Shown here one piece after another: positions 1 to 13,407 of a stretch of 64,000 bases of DNA. The stretch covers positions 3,598,001 through 3,662,000 of the forward strand of contig NC_087245.1 in assembly GCF_037042905.1 (NCBI RefSeq), read 5' to 3'. Position 1 is the first letter of the stretch. Each line of letters begins with the position of its first letter. This DNA comes from Lytechinus pictus (lineage: Eukaryota). The translations under genes were made by a program, and so were the position numbers. Under the pieces are notes generated by a model that was not told where the DNA came from, did no database searches, and was given only the letters and a program-made list of their open reading frames with translations.

Positions 1-424
1 AGTTTCAATAGAAGACATTTAGTATACTCTTGAACTGATAACCCTTGGTACATTTCATCTATTACAGTTAAACATTCCAAGGTCATGAGCATGTTGACTG
101 TGAAGAAGCTGTGATCAGATGTGTTTTATTGAAGATGACAAGAATAAGATTTATGTGTCTGAGGGTCTGAGGGCAATAAAGGTACAAGGGCCGCACCTCT
201 GTTATTCGAGAATACTTCCAATCATAGAAATTCTCCACTCCTACAAAGATTAACAGAATTGACAATCAATTTACTTATGTTGTCATGACAAGAGCATTCA
301 ATCAGACATTCAAACAAGCCAAGAATTTACTTATGAAATCAGAAATCTGCTCTGTAAATGTAAAATATAAAATGTCCTATTCAATGTCTTTTTAGGTACA
401 TCACAGTTAGGCAGTTGTACTTGG

Positions 425-735
425 TTTTGTCTCACCTGCATAGCAGAGTGAGACTATATGCTCTGCTTTTCCAATGGTGGTGGCATCAACATCAAATCTT
501 AATAACCTAAGGTTAAGTTTTTGAAATGTCATCATAACTTAAAAAGGATATGGACCTAGTTCATGAAACTTGGCCATAAGGGTAATCAAATAATACTGAA
601 GATCCTGCCTGAGTTTCAAGACACATGACCAAGGTCATAAGTCATTTAGGGTCAATGAACTTTGGCTAAGTTGGGGGTATTTGTTGAATTACCAACATAA
701 CTTTATTTGAGGTAAAAAATATCACTGAACATCCT
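425..735 (+). mobile_element. Degenerate non-autonomous repeat, Helentron/HINE-like fragment
   Basis: Starts in a T-run (TTTTGTCTCACCTGCATAGCAGAGTGAGAC hairpin), then a GGT/GGC-type simple repeat and a core GGACCTAGTTCATGAAACTTGG...GGTAATCAA shared with about 63100-63310. Confidence 0.5.
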
Positions 736-1945
736 TTCAGACATACTCTAAAGCTGAAATTAGAATACCTGATTTTCTCTGATCGGGCATCTGGGTTGCC
801 TGTTTTCTGACCTAGCAAATATTGAATTGCGTATCTTGTCTGTTACCTGCGTCCCACACCAGTTTGCATGCTCATAACCTCTGAGAATTTATTCTGAAAG
901 GGTCTGGGTCAGATGGCTATGAATGTGGAATATAGTTATTGAAAATCTTGATTCCTTAACAAGGTTTCATAAGGTAAATTTTTGTTTGAGTAGAGTGCTT
1001 AGAGTTAGATGGAGTGAGGGCTATAGAGAGTGAGAGAGAAAAGGGGGGTATTTGTGGTGCAATGTGGCTTTATTTCAATCAGTGGAATAATTATATCTGG
1101 ATCTTTGTGTTATCATGTCTGATATGATGTCAAAATATTTTAACATTTCTAATCCATTGATATACATTTGAAAAACATGTTTCTCATTCCTTTTACCCAC
1201 CATTCAATCACGGTTCTATAATGCTTCTCTTTGATTCGATAATCAATGTGTTCTTAAAAAAAGTTTATGATTTAGCAAGTTCACTACCCTGTTCCTTTAA
1301 TGTCCTTTAACATTTATGTTTGCATGGCATTTTATACTGCCCAGCCTGGTTTGCTAAATTTGTTTCATTGAAATGAAAATACAGAAGAGGTGACCTACAC
1401 CCATCCTGATTCTTATTTGATCCTTGCATCTATCTACATGATGATATTATTTTGTTTGTCACTGTCAGTCCCAAGTATTCTTCAGACTTTTCATTTGATT
1501 ATTTATGAAGTTATGCACCTGTGTCATGTTTGTCTGTAGTAGAGTTCAGATGGAATCTTACTTCTTAAATTAGGAGTTGGTTTGAAGTTTATATTTAATT
1601 AATATATTTGGTTATGCGAGGTAAAACCCTAATTTGTAAATTCCATGATATAAAGTTTAACTCCTGACAGCAACATATGCAATATTTTTTAACAATTTTG
1701 TTGATGTTTTAAGTCTACATGTATCTTCCACTATAGACCTATTAATCCTAGGTCCATGCTTCTACAAAGTGACTTTGCGCTATGTAAGGCCACCACCGTA
1801 ACAAGGTCGAGTTTACCCCTGTCCCTAGTTGATGAGAGGGGACAAGTCAATTAAAATTCAGAATATGATATAGAAATCTGAACATTATTTGAACCATATT
1901 TTGATCTTGGGAATTAAAATTGAAAAATTGAAATTGAAGATATAA

Positions 1946-2158
1946 GGTTCCATGACATTTGCTCCAGCGACAATGGCTCCGTTCTTAATTCCACACACTA
2001 ATGGAATGACCAACTTTGACCCTGGGTTTAACACTAGCCTACCCTAAACTCATGGGTCCATGCTAAACCTAGCATAAAAATCTATTGCAACCCTAACCCT
2101 ACATCTTATACGAAAGTAAGCCCTAAACAATTGTCGCAGGAGCAAATGTTGTGTCACC
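1946..2158. mobile_element. MITE with about 30-bp terminal inverted repeats and internal CCTAAC-like repeats
   Basis: Left GGTTCCATGACATTTGCTCCAGCGACAAT pairs with right ATTGTCGCAGGAGCAAATGTTGTGTCACC. Confidence 0.75.
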
Positions 2159-3036
2159 TTGGTAGAAGTATGAACATAGCTGGTCTATCCACTGCACACA
2201 TAGGCCTACCCTTTCACCGACCCTCTCATCCCTGGCCTTACCCATCATCTTGTCTCTTCAACCCCTAAACTATTCTGTGATATGATTCTAATGCTGAAAT
2301 GATGAATACCAGTTAGTATTTCTTCTGACATGTCGACTGGCTTATGATGCATGGCATGGATAAAGTATTTTTTAGATACACATGTATTTCTGCCATAAAT
2401 GTGAGAAGGTTTGGAGTGATAGAATCTCAGCTAGCATAATCCCTTGTCTGATGATGGCAGGTAGGGCCCAAGAGGGGAAATCATGAATTGTAGCAGAGAA
2501 AAGGGAGAGATCATAGGGAATAGATCAGATTTTTTTTAATTACAATTTTTGATTTAGAGACAAATGATATTCGAGTATTCATAATGATGTAGGCTACATA
2601 CTTAGACCTTTGGGTTTCATGGTGAGCATGCATTGATGAATAAACAATTATTTTGACAAATTCTGATGTTGACACTGACAGTCATTATGTGTTTAAGGAT
2701 TGTTAATATCCATATTCTTTCACACAGAAGCCCTGGGAGTTGAGAATATTGATATATATGTTGGCCTGTTGTTGAGAGGAAAGTTGTGGCATTAAAGCTG
2801 AGACATTAACATGCTTTTCTTTTTGTTCACAGTAGATTAAATGATTAAACAAGAGATATATATAGTTGCTCTCAAGAAGACCAAATCTCATAATCAATGT
2901 ATGGATGTTGGTATCTATGTAGTTGCTTCATGAACTTGACAACAGACAGGTCAAGCTTGAGAAGTCTCAGAACTCAGCTGCTATACAAGGTCAAGATGAT
3001 ACCTCCTGGGAGATGGGTAAGGGATGGAATGACAGT

Positions 3037-3165
3037 GAAAGAGAGAGAGAAACAAGAGAGAGAGGAACGAGAGAGAGAGAGAAACAGAGTGGAGGAGAAG
3101 AGAGGATAGCCAGAGCAAGAATGTTATGAGTTAGGGAATGCTTGAGAGGGAGAGAGAGAGAGATG
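3037..3165. repeat. Degenerate (GA)n microsatellite / purine-rich tract
   Basis: Several GAGAGA runs are directly visible. Confidence 0.8.
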
Positions 3166-5834
3166 AACGCCAATGAGATTGAAAGAGGATGAGATGAAGA
3201 TGGAGTAGGGATAGACCATTCCAAAGATGATAGTGAAATGAGAGGGAACATTAGAGGACAAGATAGATGAATGTGTAGGCCATTTAATGTAAATTGATGA
3301 GAGGGTACAGAAAGTCTGATCATGGACCTATGGTCAGAGAATGTAAATTGTAATAGAGGAAGATCTTTTAGAATAGTGAGGGAACTTGTTGTTTGAACTG
3401 AATAAAATTTAGTGTCTTGTGACATTTCTCACATATGTATCATAACATGGTTGAATGATTCTTAGAGATGATATAAGTTACTACATAAATATTTCCCTTT
3501 TCAGCTAAGAGTGTAAGATGAGAATCCAAGGCAATTAATTGCAATTTATTTTCAAGTTTGCCTCCTTTATTGCATGTTGCTTATTTTGTTAAATAATGGT
3601 TTTGTGAAATTAAGCAACATTTTGAAATGCAATAATCTTTTTATCTTTTTTATTTTATCCTTGTCTAATTGGAATCATTTTTTTCTTCAGAATAATGCGT
3701 TGTTGAAGTGGACTTAACCTTCAAAGACCACCTCCCCCTCCCCTCTAAATACATGTAGGGGAGCTATATGAATACCTGAAAAAAAAATTTTTCAAGTTAT
3801 AATAAATATTAAATTAACACAATGTGCATTTCAAGTAGTGTCTCTAAGTTCAAAAGAAACCATGAAAATTGCCCCCTTTCAGTCAAAATTCAAAATATTC
3901 AAAACTATTTTCAACCATTGATGTACAAACTTTAAACCAACATTTCCTTGCTACAGCTGTGACAATTGTTATTATTGCATATTAATGCTTGAGCTTGCCA
4001 TACTTGAACTGTGTGACATTCCTGATTACAGACATGTCTACTATCTATCATACAGACAGATAATATGTGTAGGCCTAGACCTTGCAGGGATGTAGATAGT
4101 CACAGACTTCTTCCTTTCATGTGGCAAGTTTAAAGGAGTTCAGTAGGGGGTACAGACAACAGATGTTCCTTCCTCAGACCTGCTTTCTATGTCCACTTGG
4201 TATGGAGGTTATCTATTGATTGGCTCAAATCAGCCATGACATCTGGCCGCCAAGCAATCTCTTCAACCCTCCCTCATCAATTTATATGGTGTCTGGATTG
4301 CTTAGAGATCGGTCACTATGGACAACAGATACCAGCAGTGTTTGGAAGAGAAGGTGGGAAGAAGGGATGGGGAAAGAGTAGAGATGGATAGATTAAAGGA
4401 TGCGTGAGAAATAGGACAGGTATTGATTTGACGGGATCTAGAATGTAAATGAACATTTGGTATGATATGCTTTAACCTGTTGATGATCGCATATCACTAT
4501 AGACATCTAATACAGTACTTTAAAGAAATTTGCCAAGAAAATGCACACACAGATACACTAATGATAAATTATTCAGGTAGGATATTAGTGTGATGCAAAG
4601 ACACTTCTGAAGAATATAATTTCAACTTTGCTCATTTCGAATAGGGCCTATGTGGATTACAAAGAATGTCAACTTTGATAAAAGACAAACTTTTTAAATT
4701 TATTATTGTGAAAATGTCTTAAGATCTAGAAAACATTTAATTGGACAATCAAAAACCTTTCTAAAATTTTAATTCTCAAATGAGCTTAATTTGGAAAAAA
4801 AGTAAGCTGAATATAATTAGATTGAATACCATTTTCAAAGTTTATCCTTCAAGTTGTTCAGATCTACATATTTCATTTCCCAGTCTTTCCTATTATTAAT
4901 CAGTGAATTTTTTTTTCTATTATGTATTTCCTTTAAAACCGTCTTTGTTTCGGTCACAGCCATGTTATTGCCCGAGGGTCTACTTACCAAGAAAAAAAAA
5001 CCGAGACTGGGGAGAAGGAGTCAAGGAAATGTAACTTGTAAACTTCGTCTTTTTCAATTTGTTTTGATTTTGTTAAGGAATAAAAATTGGACAATTTTCA
5101 TTTCCTTCAGGTCAAATTCACTCCCAATAAAAGCCAGATGACATGAATTACTTTTGGTCTTTGGGATATGGGTGTATTTTAACTTTTGGGGAGAAGATGT
5201 AGGTCAGAGTTTTACTGGGATTATTGTACACAATAATTTGAACATACAGATGATAAAACTTTTGTAAAATCATGTTTAAAAAAAAAGAAGAAATATCTTT
5301 TGTACACCAAGTACAAGCTTTTCTAAAGTTTATCAAAATTTAAGATCTTTATGTGTAATTTTGGTCCTAAAGCAAATGGTCTTGAAAATTACATTTACAA
5401 ATTAGGATTTTTGCATAACACACACTGTGCTACTTGGTTTTTCGATTCTTTTATACACATATTAAGTTTTGTTGAAATAAACAAAATGTAATAAACCCAT
5501 AACTACCTTATCTTAAATTCTTGGAGGCTCATAATTTTTTGGAAATACTTTGTTTCTTCCTTCTATATATAACTCCCAAATTAATAAATCTTAGGCATAG
5601 TGTTACCTTATTGTGCTCATTGGTTTTCAGTCATTGAATGTATGAAGTACTTATATAGAAGTTTATTTTTCCTTACGCAGTGTAATACTGTGGGGAAAAT
5701 CACATTTATTTGGGATAATGATGAGGAATCATTGATTAATGATTGATTGGAGAATGCCCGTTTTTTCAACCATGTGTATTTATTGAACCAAAACACATAG
5801 TAAATTTCATCAATAGTCAGGCTAGATCCTCCAT

Positions 5835-6346
5835 TATGCTTTTCACATTGCATTTCCTTAACCCCATACTATCCTTAACCCCATACTATCCTTAACCCCG
5901 GACTATCCTTAACCCCATACTTTCTTTTTTTGGATTCACACTGTCTTTCTTAACCCCATACTATCTGCTTAGCCGGGGTTAACGCCTTAACCCCGGACTA
6001 TCCCACAGCTCATGAATATTGATGACTTTACCATACAGAGCGTGAATAACATGCAATTTCGACTTCTGTGATTGGCTATTGCTTAGCCCCACTTTTCCTT
6101 GGCCCAGTTTCGTTTCACACTGCATCTCTTAACACCGCAATTGTGGTGCTAGTACCACAATAAGCCAGCTAACCCTGCTTTTTTGCAGGGCCAGATAGTA
6201 CCGTACTATTTACCGTGCAAGCCCACTTTGCTAAAACGTAGTGTGAAAACGAAGTGGGCTAAGCTTAATCCCGGGAAATTGGTGGGGCTAAGGCCCCCCC
6301 CCTTAGCCCCACCAATTTGGAAAAAAAGTACAGTGTGAAAAGCATA
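5835..6346. mobile_element. PIF/Harbinger-like MITE, family B (TATGCTTTTCACA termini), copy 1
   Basis: TIRs TATGCTTTTCACA / TGTGAAAAGCATA, internal tandem CCTTAACCCCATACTA units, and near-identical to the reverse complement of 37471-37938. Confidence 0.85.
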
Positions 6347-6764
6347 TAAGTCAACAGGGATTGTATGCAAGCTAGAACTTCTGTTTGGTTTCTGATCTCA
6401 ATTGCTTCCAGTCATACATGAGAAATATTTTCTTTAGCCAACATTCTTCAATTTAGTGACTATTTGCTAAGATACCACCTTACAGAATAAGAACACTATC
6501 CCTCAGAGCAAAGTCCTTTCTTTATGATATAATGCATTGGAGATGTCTTGAAGAATTGAACAGCACTTGAAATAGAAGTACCAGTGATTGTGTCACCCTG
6601 TTTACAAAGCTCTTCAAATCAGGCCAATCCATTGACATAGATCAAACAGACAAGTCTTTATTGTCCAGTTATCATTTCCTCTCATCCGTTTTAACTTCAC
6701 ACACAATACATCGGATACAATGAATCTCCACTGAGATCAGAACTATGTATCTCAAAGACATTTA

Positions 6765-6926
6765 TACCTCGGGCACATTTACTCTACGGCGGCTGTACGG
6801 TGAGTCGAAAACAGCCGTTTTTACATTTTTTGTACCAGCTATACATAGGTGGTTTGAATAAAAGTGATTAAAACGGCTGTTTTCGACTCGCCGTACGGCC
6901 GCCGTAGAGCAAATGTGACCAAGGTA
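6765..6926. mobile_element. Hairpin Harbinger-like MITE (162 bp) with TTA TSD
   Basis: About 55-bp imperfect TIRs TACCTCGGGCACATTTACTCTACGGCGGCTGTACGG... / ...CCGTACGGCCGCCGTAGAGCAAATGTGACCAAGGTA, with TTA on both sides. Confidence 0.88.
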
Positions 6927-8934
6927 TTAGAAACATGCTATCTGACCCTTTAATCTTATTTTGATATCAGAACATCTAAGAAAAGATGTGATTATCAGGC
7001 TGTACAGATAAATTCATTAAGTTTTTGTTTATATCAAGTCAGTACATTGGAGCATACAGTGTATAGGGCTATCTATATGTTCTTGATCAAGCTAATTAGA
7101 AACTCAGTATTATCACATACCTTCTACTCTGAATAACATAATTTCTTGGCTCATCTGTCACCTTCAGAATAGGTCAGTGAACATGTATTAAGTTATATCA
7201 GTCATCATGAGGGGCCCATATTGAGCAAATCACACAAATGTCCAGCTAAGATTTAAAATCCTTTAATATGTTATATAACCATATAATTTTACTTGTTGCA
7301 TAATCATTTTGAGTCATGACCCTCCTGCTGGTCAATGATATCTGTAGATGGATGGATGACTAATCACTATGATGTCCAATATGACCAATCAAAGCAGATG
7401 TAGATTTAAGATTGACTACAGGCTGAAGATGACTTGAATAATTTGAGTAAAATTGAACAAGAGAATACTGAACTTTAAATAAATCGGATAGAAATAACAA
7501 AGTGATTGGTTATAGAGTTTGCATTATTATTAGTGAAACCATGGAGCTTCCGCTAGTAGCTCCATAGTGAAACAGTTGCATACATGGTGACTATGCAATA
7601 ATTGAAATGTCTCAATTAAAAAAAATAGCTTTTCATCCTGACTCTAGCACCATGATTATATGGAATCTCAGTTATAACATTGTGTTTATAAACATATCTC
7701 TCTCATAATAAAATAATTTAGAGCAGTGATCATTTTAAACCAGTAGTCAATTTTAGTTTTACATTCTTGGAAATTGAAATTTGATTGTTATTTCTCATTA
7801 TATATGAAAGAAAAAGCGAGAAGTCAGCTTGCTTATGTTGTTGATGATGACATGCATTTAACAGTTTCACAAAAATATACTATATGATCAAGTATGCTAT
7901 ATTATTTTTTTTATCTGATTTTGATAAAATTTCAGTGTTTTTCTATTTCACTTTGCAGTATTTATTCAAATCATATTATTTTGGGGTTTGAGCATCTCTT
8001 TAATGGCATGCACTGATGTGCATATTCTACTCTCATCTCTTTGAAAGTTAAAGCAATTGTTTGATGATAATTTAGTAACTTGAAAGAATTTGAAGTATGT
8101 TACAAGTTGTTACATACCTCTGTGATTTTTGTCAAAATGTTTAACTTTTGCAAAAAAATGTGCATGTTAATTCATTCACTGTAAACAGTGTAATCAAAGA
8201 TTGATACCTTTATCTTGCTTATGCTAATGTGAAATTACATAAATGTTGACTTTCCTTTTTTGTTTATATTGTACATGATTTCAAAACTAAATAATCATTT
8301 ATTGTTTACTTCCCTCATATAATGAAGCTGTATTGTAAATTGGTACAGGGGGAGGGGGAATGGGGTGATTTTGCCCTTGAAATGCTGAAAAGAGCCCTGG
8401 GAATTAAAATAAGGGAGCTCTGAGAAATCCCCATTCATTGTCATTTTAAAGTTTATCCATTGATGCAGATTTAGGCAGTAGGCTGTGGAAAGTAGCCCTC
8501 AAAAATGAAAACTTTTTTTTTTGCCTGAGTAGTATATTGAGTATAGGAAAACCATTACAAGATATTAGAAGGAAAATTCAATACTCCTGAATTCATACGT
8601 CATATGAAGACATTTGAATATGTTAGAGCAGATATGAATAGAGCAATATATCTGTTTTCTTGTTGCTTTATTTTGTTATATATGACATTTCTTGTAATAA
8701 CCATTATACTGACGAATTTCATTGGTGTAGTACCCCAAGTGAAGAATGGTCTATATTCTATATAACTAATTTCTTTGTGTGTACTTCCTTTCATCTGCCA
8801 TGATTATAACTGCACTATACTAGTTGTAAAGTGTGTTTGTGTCAAACTATGATGGTCTAACATTAGCTTGTTTCATATTTTCTAATCTTTATTTCCCTTG
8901 ATCCTCTCTACCTTTACTCTTTCTCCCTGCATAG

Positions 8935-9255
8935 TCTTGGATGAAGGCAAGTTGTTTGGGGAAGTCCCTGAAGCACCTGTTGGCTTCTCTGCCACACCCT
9001 ACTCCACCCAAATATCCCTCCGTTGGGATCCTCCTGCTAATGGCTCCACCCCTATCTCCCATTATCTCCTCATGTACGGAGAGGGGAGAGCTTCTGAGAC
9101 CATGATCATAAATTCGGACATAATGCAGTATACCTTGTCTGATCTCAGACCTGGAACAGACTACGTCCTCTCACTCAGGGCTGCCAACGAGTTTGGATCC
9201 AGCAACGTGTCGCTATACTTGGTGGTCTACACTAAAAATCCCAGTGACCCATCCA
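8935..9255 (+). CDS. Internal coding exon encoding one fibronectin type III domain (phase 1-1), probably part of the multiplexin-like gene
   Basis: Long polypyrimidine tract plus ATAG acceptor ending at 8934 and GTAAGT donor at 9256; 321 nt. Translation VPEAPVGFSATPYSTQISLRWDPP...HYLLMY...YTLSDLRPGTDYVLSLRAANEFGSS carries the FN3 hallmarks (W-x-P-P, L-x-P-G-T-x-Y, A-x-N-x-x-G). The phase is compatible with the exon at 45564. Linkage to that gene is inferred. Confidence 0.88.
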
Positions 9256-10753
9256 GTAAGTCCTTCTTGCACGGATACCACCTATCCCAGCATGCCTTGT
9301 TGTCTATGAAAACCAGATTGCATCGTCTTTTGTTTTCATCTAGCCTCATTTCAGCATGATCTTTGTTCCAGTATCTTCAGATTTAACTTCATTTTTCATC
9401 CAAGTTTTCATTCATTAACACCTTGTACATTTCTGTCCTAACAGGTTTTAATATTTCATCTCAGCTCTGGAGTTTTTGTGTCATACAGCATCCTTTTTTT
9501 TAATCTAAAACCATTTGTTTCTTAAATTTTGTCCACTGTTTGTTCAAATTGTAATGGTTTACAATCCATTTGTTTTAGAATTCTCAAGTGAATATGATTA
9601 TCATAAATGCATGGTATTTATGAACGTTTATCTTCTGATGAAAGGTTGATTTCATATATTATTGTTTTGTAGTTTAACAAGTCAGACAACATAACCCTAA
9701 CACACCATCAGCTCTGCTGTTACAGAGCCAAACTAATCTGTTTCATACAGCAAAGCCTTGTGACCCAACTAATTTAATGTTTCCCCTTTCTAACTAGTAA
9801 CTAATGATAAAGCTCCAGAAATATTGCATGATTGTTTAGATTTTTCTTATTAATTCTGTTTCTCTGTTGTTGGTTTTTTTCATGTAGTTTGCATCATCCT
9901 AAAAAATTGTTATATGTCTTGTTATGCAAAATATTCATTCAAAAATTGCATTGTTACAGGTTTGCCATGTTCATTGAGGTAATTTAAGATAACTTGTATC
10001 TTTTGTCAGAGAGAAAGATAGGAATTGTATGGAAATTTGAAGAAACATCAGGGCATGTATTAGTTCATCCCTTACATTATAATTACTCTACTGCAGATTA
10101 AGCTGAGGTTATGAAATATTTATGCCTATTCACATATTTCCAAAGCAGCACTTGAAAATATCTCTCATACATAGGCCTACTATATACGTACATGTAGGGA
10201 CTTTATATTCTTATTGAGTATTTTGTGTATTTTTCTCCACTCAGTTCATGTAGTATAATGAAAGGGTTTTGTTGTGAGAGTGGTCTATAAGAAATAGGAG
10301 GAACCACATCAAAGGTTCTATTGGCAAATCATGAGAACATGTATGGAGAACACTGAGAAACAAATTTTATTAAATAGGCTAGCTTTAATTTGTAAAGGAT
10401 GTGTGCATTGTACATGTAGGTCTACAGTCTTTAATACTAAAATCAAATGATAATAAAGTCCTATAAAATCTATAAAGGCCAACAAAGAAACATGTTGCCA
10501 CAAAGGCTCTAATTTATTAATCATTGTTGCATGCACATGGGGGGGGGGGGGGGGTGGTCATGTCCTCCCCCTCTGGCACTGTTTTACTGGAATATTAGTG
10601 ATTTTTTGTGTGTGTGATCACATGAAGAAATAATTTGTGAGTAGATAATGATTGAAAGAGAAGTACATTTCATATTTAAGTTTAAAAGAAACACTTGAAT
10701 TCTGAGTAAGGGAGATCTGACAAAAGGAATAAACCATTAAGGATCTAGATCAG

Positions 10754-10898
10754 GGGTCCGTTGCAGAAAGAGTTACGTTTAAACGCAAGTCAAAAAATCA
10801 ATCGCAAGTCCCAAATGCGCGCTGCTGATTGGTTGAAAATCAAGTTGTGCATGATTTTTAGAGTTGCAATTGATTGCAACTCTTTCTGCAACGGGCCC
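10754..10898. mobile_element. Harbinger-like MITE (145 bp) with CAG TSD
   Basis: TIRs GGGTCCGTTGCAGAAAGAGTT / AACTCTTTCTGCAACGGGCCC, flanked by CAG on both sides. Confidence 0.85.
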
Positions 10899-11509
10899 CA
10901 GTTGGTATTGAGATTTTCATATCACTCAGTAACCAAAAGCAAGGAGGAAGTATTTGAAAGATAATGAAGGTGTATTATTTTTCTCGAAATTGTAAATTTA
11001 AATAATGTGTAGTGTAGGAGATGACATATTCAGCAAGATTTAGTGTAAGGTTTATTAGTGTTTTTTTCTTTTTTCATTGAACAGAAAAATGTAACAAATC
11101 TGGAAGGTAAGCCCCATCCCTCCAGCCATTTCCTCAGCTTGATAATAAATCAGATTATTTCTCCTTTAGTGCTTGTCCTTACCTCAGGTCATAGGTCATT
11201 TCTAGGGTCAGACTCAGTCACAATCATTTTTATCAGACCCTTGATGGTTATCATCTGTAGATCATAAGAGAGATTTATCAGTTGTTTAGACTTGGAAGTG
11301 ATCTGTGCAGATTCTTGGTCTCTCATGTATGGCAAATATCTGCGTTTTGCTGCAAATGGAGATACTTCAAGATACTCTCTCTAGTTTGAATTAGTAAAGG
11401 GAGCTTACGGAAGATAAAGATGTTGTCACTGAATGGTCAGATGAGCCGTGACGGTGTTGGTAGAAATCTTCCTGAAATTTAGTTGAGTTTTACCACTTCC
11501 TTTTACAAT

Positions 11510-11985
11510 AGGCGGTTTCAAACCGCCTCGATCACAAGAATCCCCGTTAAATTACGAGAACATTTTTAGGCTAAAAAATACCCATTAATTATTCCTGCAT
11601 TCACACCGCCCCGAAACATACCCTTCGGGATAAATTCCTGAAGTTAGGAGCATGCGCAGTATGGTCTAATAAGCAGGCAAGGCGCGAGATTCAAAACCAC
11701 TAGCCCAGCAGCCACCCACGGCGCCCGCGCCCAACGACACGCTGGGCTAAAAGTTCCCGTAAATTGCTTTCACATTGCCAAAATACCTGCGACCTTGGAA
11801 AAATCCCCGCGAAAGTCCTCGTAATTTCACCAAGTACCTACTATTTAGCGGGTATTTTCTTTCGGGGAAATTACGCGTAGTTTGCTTTCACATTACCAAA
11901 ATACCTGGTATTTTCTGATCGGGGTAAATTTCCCGATCAGAGAATACCTGGAACTGACGAACTTCGAGGCGGTCTGAAACCATCT
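11510..11985 (+). mobile_element. MITE family A (about 476 bp, AGGYGGTTTCARACCGCCTCGA termini), 3-bp TSD AAT
   Basis: TIRs and TSD are visible; near-identical to 23951-24426 and to the reverse complements of 12638-13115 and 62503-62979. Strand is relative orientation only. Confidence 0.9.
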
Positions 11986-12637
11986 AATGATGGAAGTGGA
12001 TATTAATACGACACTATGAGAAAATCTCACTGTCACATATAAGGAACTTTCAAAACACACTAACCATTTGTGTAATTCTGATTTCCAATTATATTTTTAA
12101 TAGTAATCTTCAAAATTTGTACTTTCTAGAGGAAATTCAACAGTAGGTCCTGACAATAGAAGGTCAAGGGGTTCGCAAAACCAGCTTTCCTTGTATTTTT
12201 ATAATTTCATTTAGATTGATGTGTGTTCTCTTTTATTCATTTATTGGGGGGGGGGTCAGTTTCCCAAATTGCCCTTGAAAGAAAAGAATTAATTGTACAG
12301 TAGGAGTTTTGTATTCTAGTCTGATTCCCTAGTTTTTTTTTCACTCTAACTCTGACAACTTCAGCTGTTTGGAGGCATTTTAGCCAAAAAGTTGGCCAGT
12401 TTGATATTACCATAGATTCATATATTACCATTACCAATTCATCTTACATCCTGGTACCACCGATAACATCGTTTGAAATAAACCGGATAAGAGTTCTTGA
12501 TTCATGTCGAAACCAGCCCCAGGCAATGGAATACTCAAGATATATGAAAATATGTCGGATGGGATTTCAAGAGATTTCCTCCTGGTAAGGTAATCCCTAA
12601 ACATTCTAAAGATGCATCTCCAAACTGACATTTCAAA

Positions 12638-13115
12638 AGGTGGTTTCAGACCGCCTCGAAGTTCGCCAGTTCCAGGTATTCTCTGATCGGGAAATTTACC
12701 CCGATCAGAAAATACCAGGTATTTTGGCGGTGTGAAAGCAAACTACGCGTAATATCCCCGAAAGAAAATACCGGATAAATAGTAGGTACTTGGCGAAATT
12801 ACGAGAACTTTCGCGGGGATTTTTCCAAGGTCGTGGGTATTTTGGCGGTCTGAAAGCAAATTACGGGATCTTTTAGCCCAGCGTGTCGTTGGGTGCGGCG
12901 CCGTGCATGGGTTGCTGCTGGGCTAGTGATTTTGAATTTCGCGCCTTGCTGCTTATCAGACCATACTGCGCATGCTCGTAACTTCAGGAACTTATCCCGA
13001 AGGGTATGTTTCAGGGCGGTGTGAATGCAGGAATAATTAATGGGTATTTTTCAGCCTAAAAAAGTTCTCGTAATTTAACGGGGATTCTTGTGATCGAGGC
13101 GGTTTGAAACCACCT
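12638..13115 (-). mobile_element. MITE family A, inverted copy, TSD AAA
   Basis: AGGTGGTTTCAGACCGCCTCGA ... TCGAGGCGGTTTGAAACCACCT, flanked by AAA. Confidence 0.9.
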
Positions 13116-13159
13116 AAAGAGTAGTACTTTCAATATCTCTTGGTGCCATCATACACACT

Positions 13160-13400
13160 CAATCACAAGAATACTTGTAAATTAGGAGAACTTTATTCAG
13201 GACTAAAAATACCATATTCATATTTCTGGTAATTTGCTATTCCTGTGAAAGCTCTTGTAATTATGAAAGTACCTACTAACTTATAAGTATTTTCCTTATT
13301 GAAAATAACTTGCTTTCACACAGGCAAAGTACCAGGTTTATCAGGAGTCAGTATAATTCCTAGTCATAAAGAGTACATAACATTTTGATAAACAGGACAT
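13160..13400 (+). mobile_element. Old, deleted copy of MITE family A
   Basis: Collinear degraded motifs ATCACAAGAAT, CTAAAAATACC, AAGTACCTACTA, TGCTTTCACA. Boundaries are approximate. Confidence 0.5.
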
Positions 13401-13407
13401 GTTTCAA

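Noticed and set aside
2897..3425. ORFs with ER/SL-rich translations
   Set aside because: Products of the (GA)n microsatellite, with no domain signal.
12431..12631. Moderately CpG-containing spacer between the inverted MITEs, with GGTAAG, as a possible exon
   Set aside because: No good acceptor, no recognisable peptide and no signal-peptide character.
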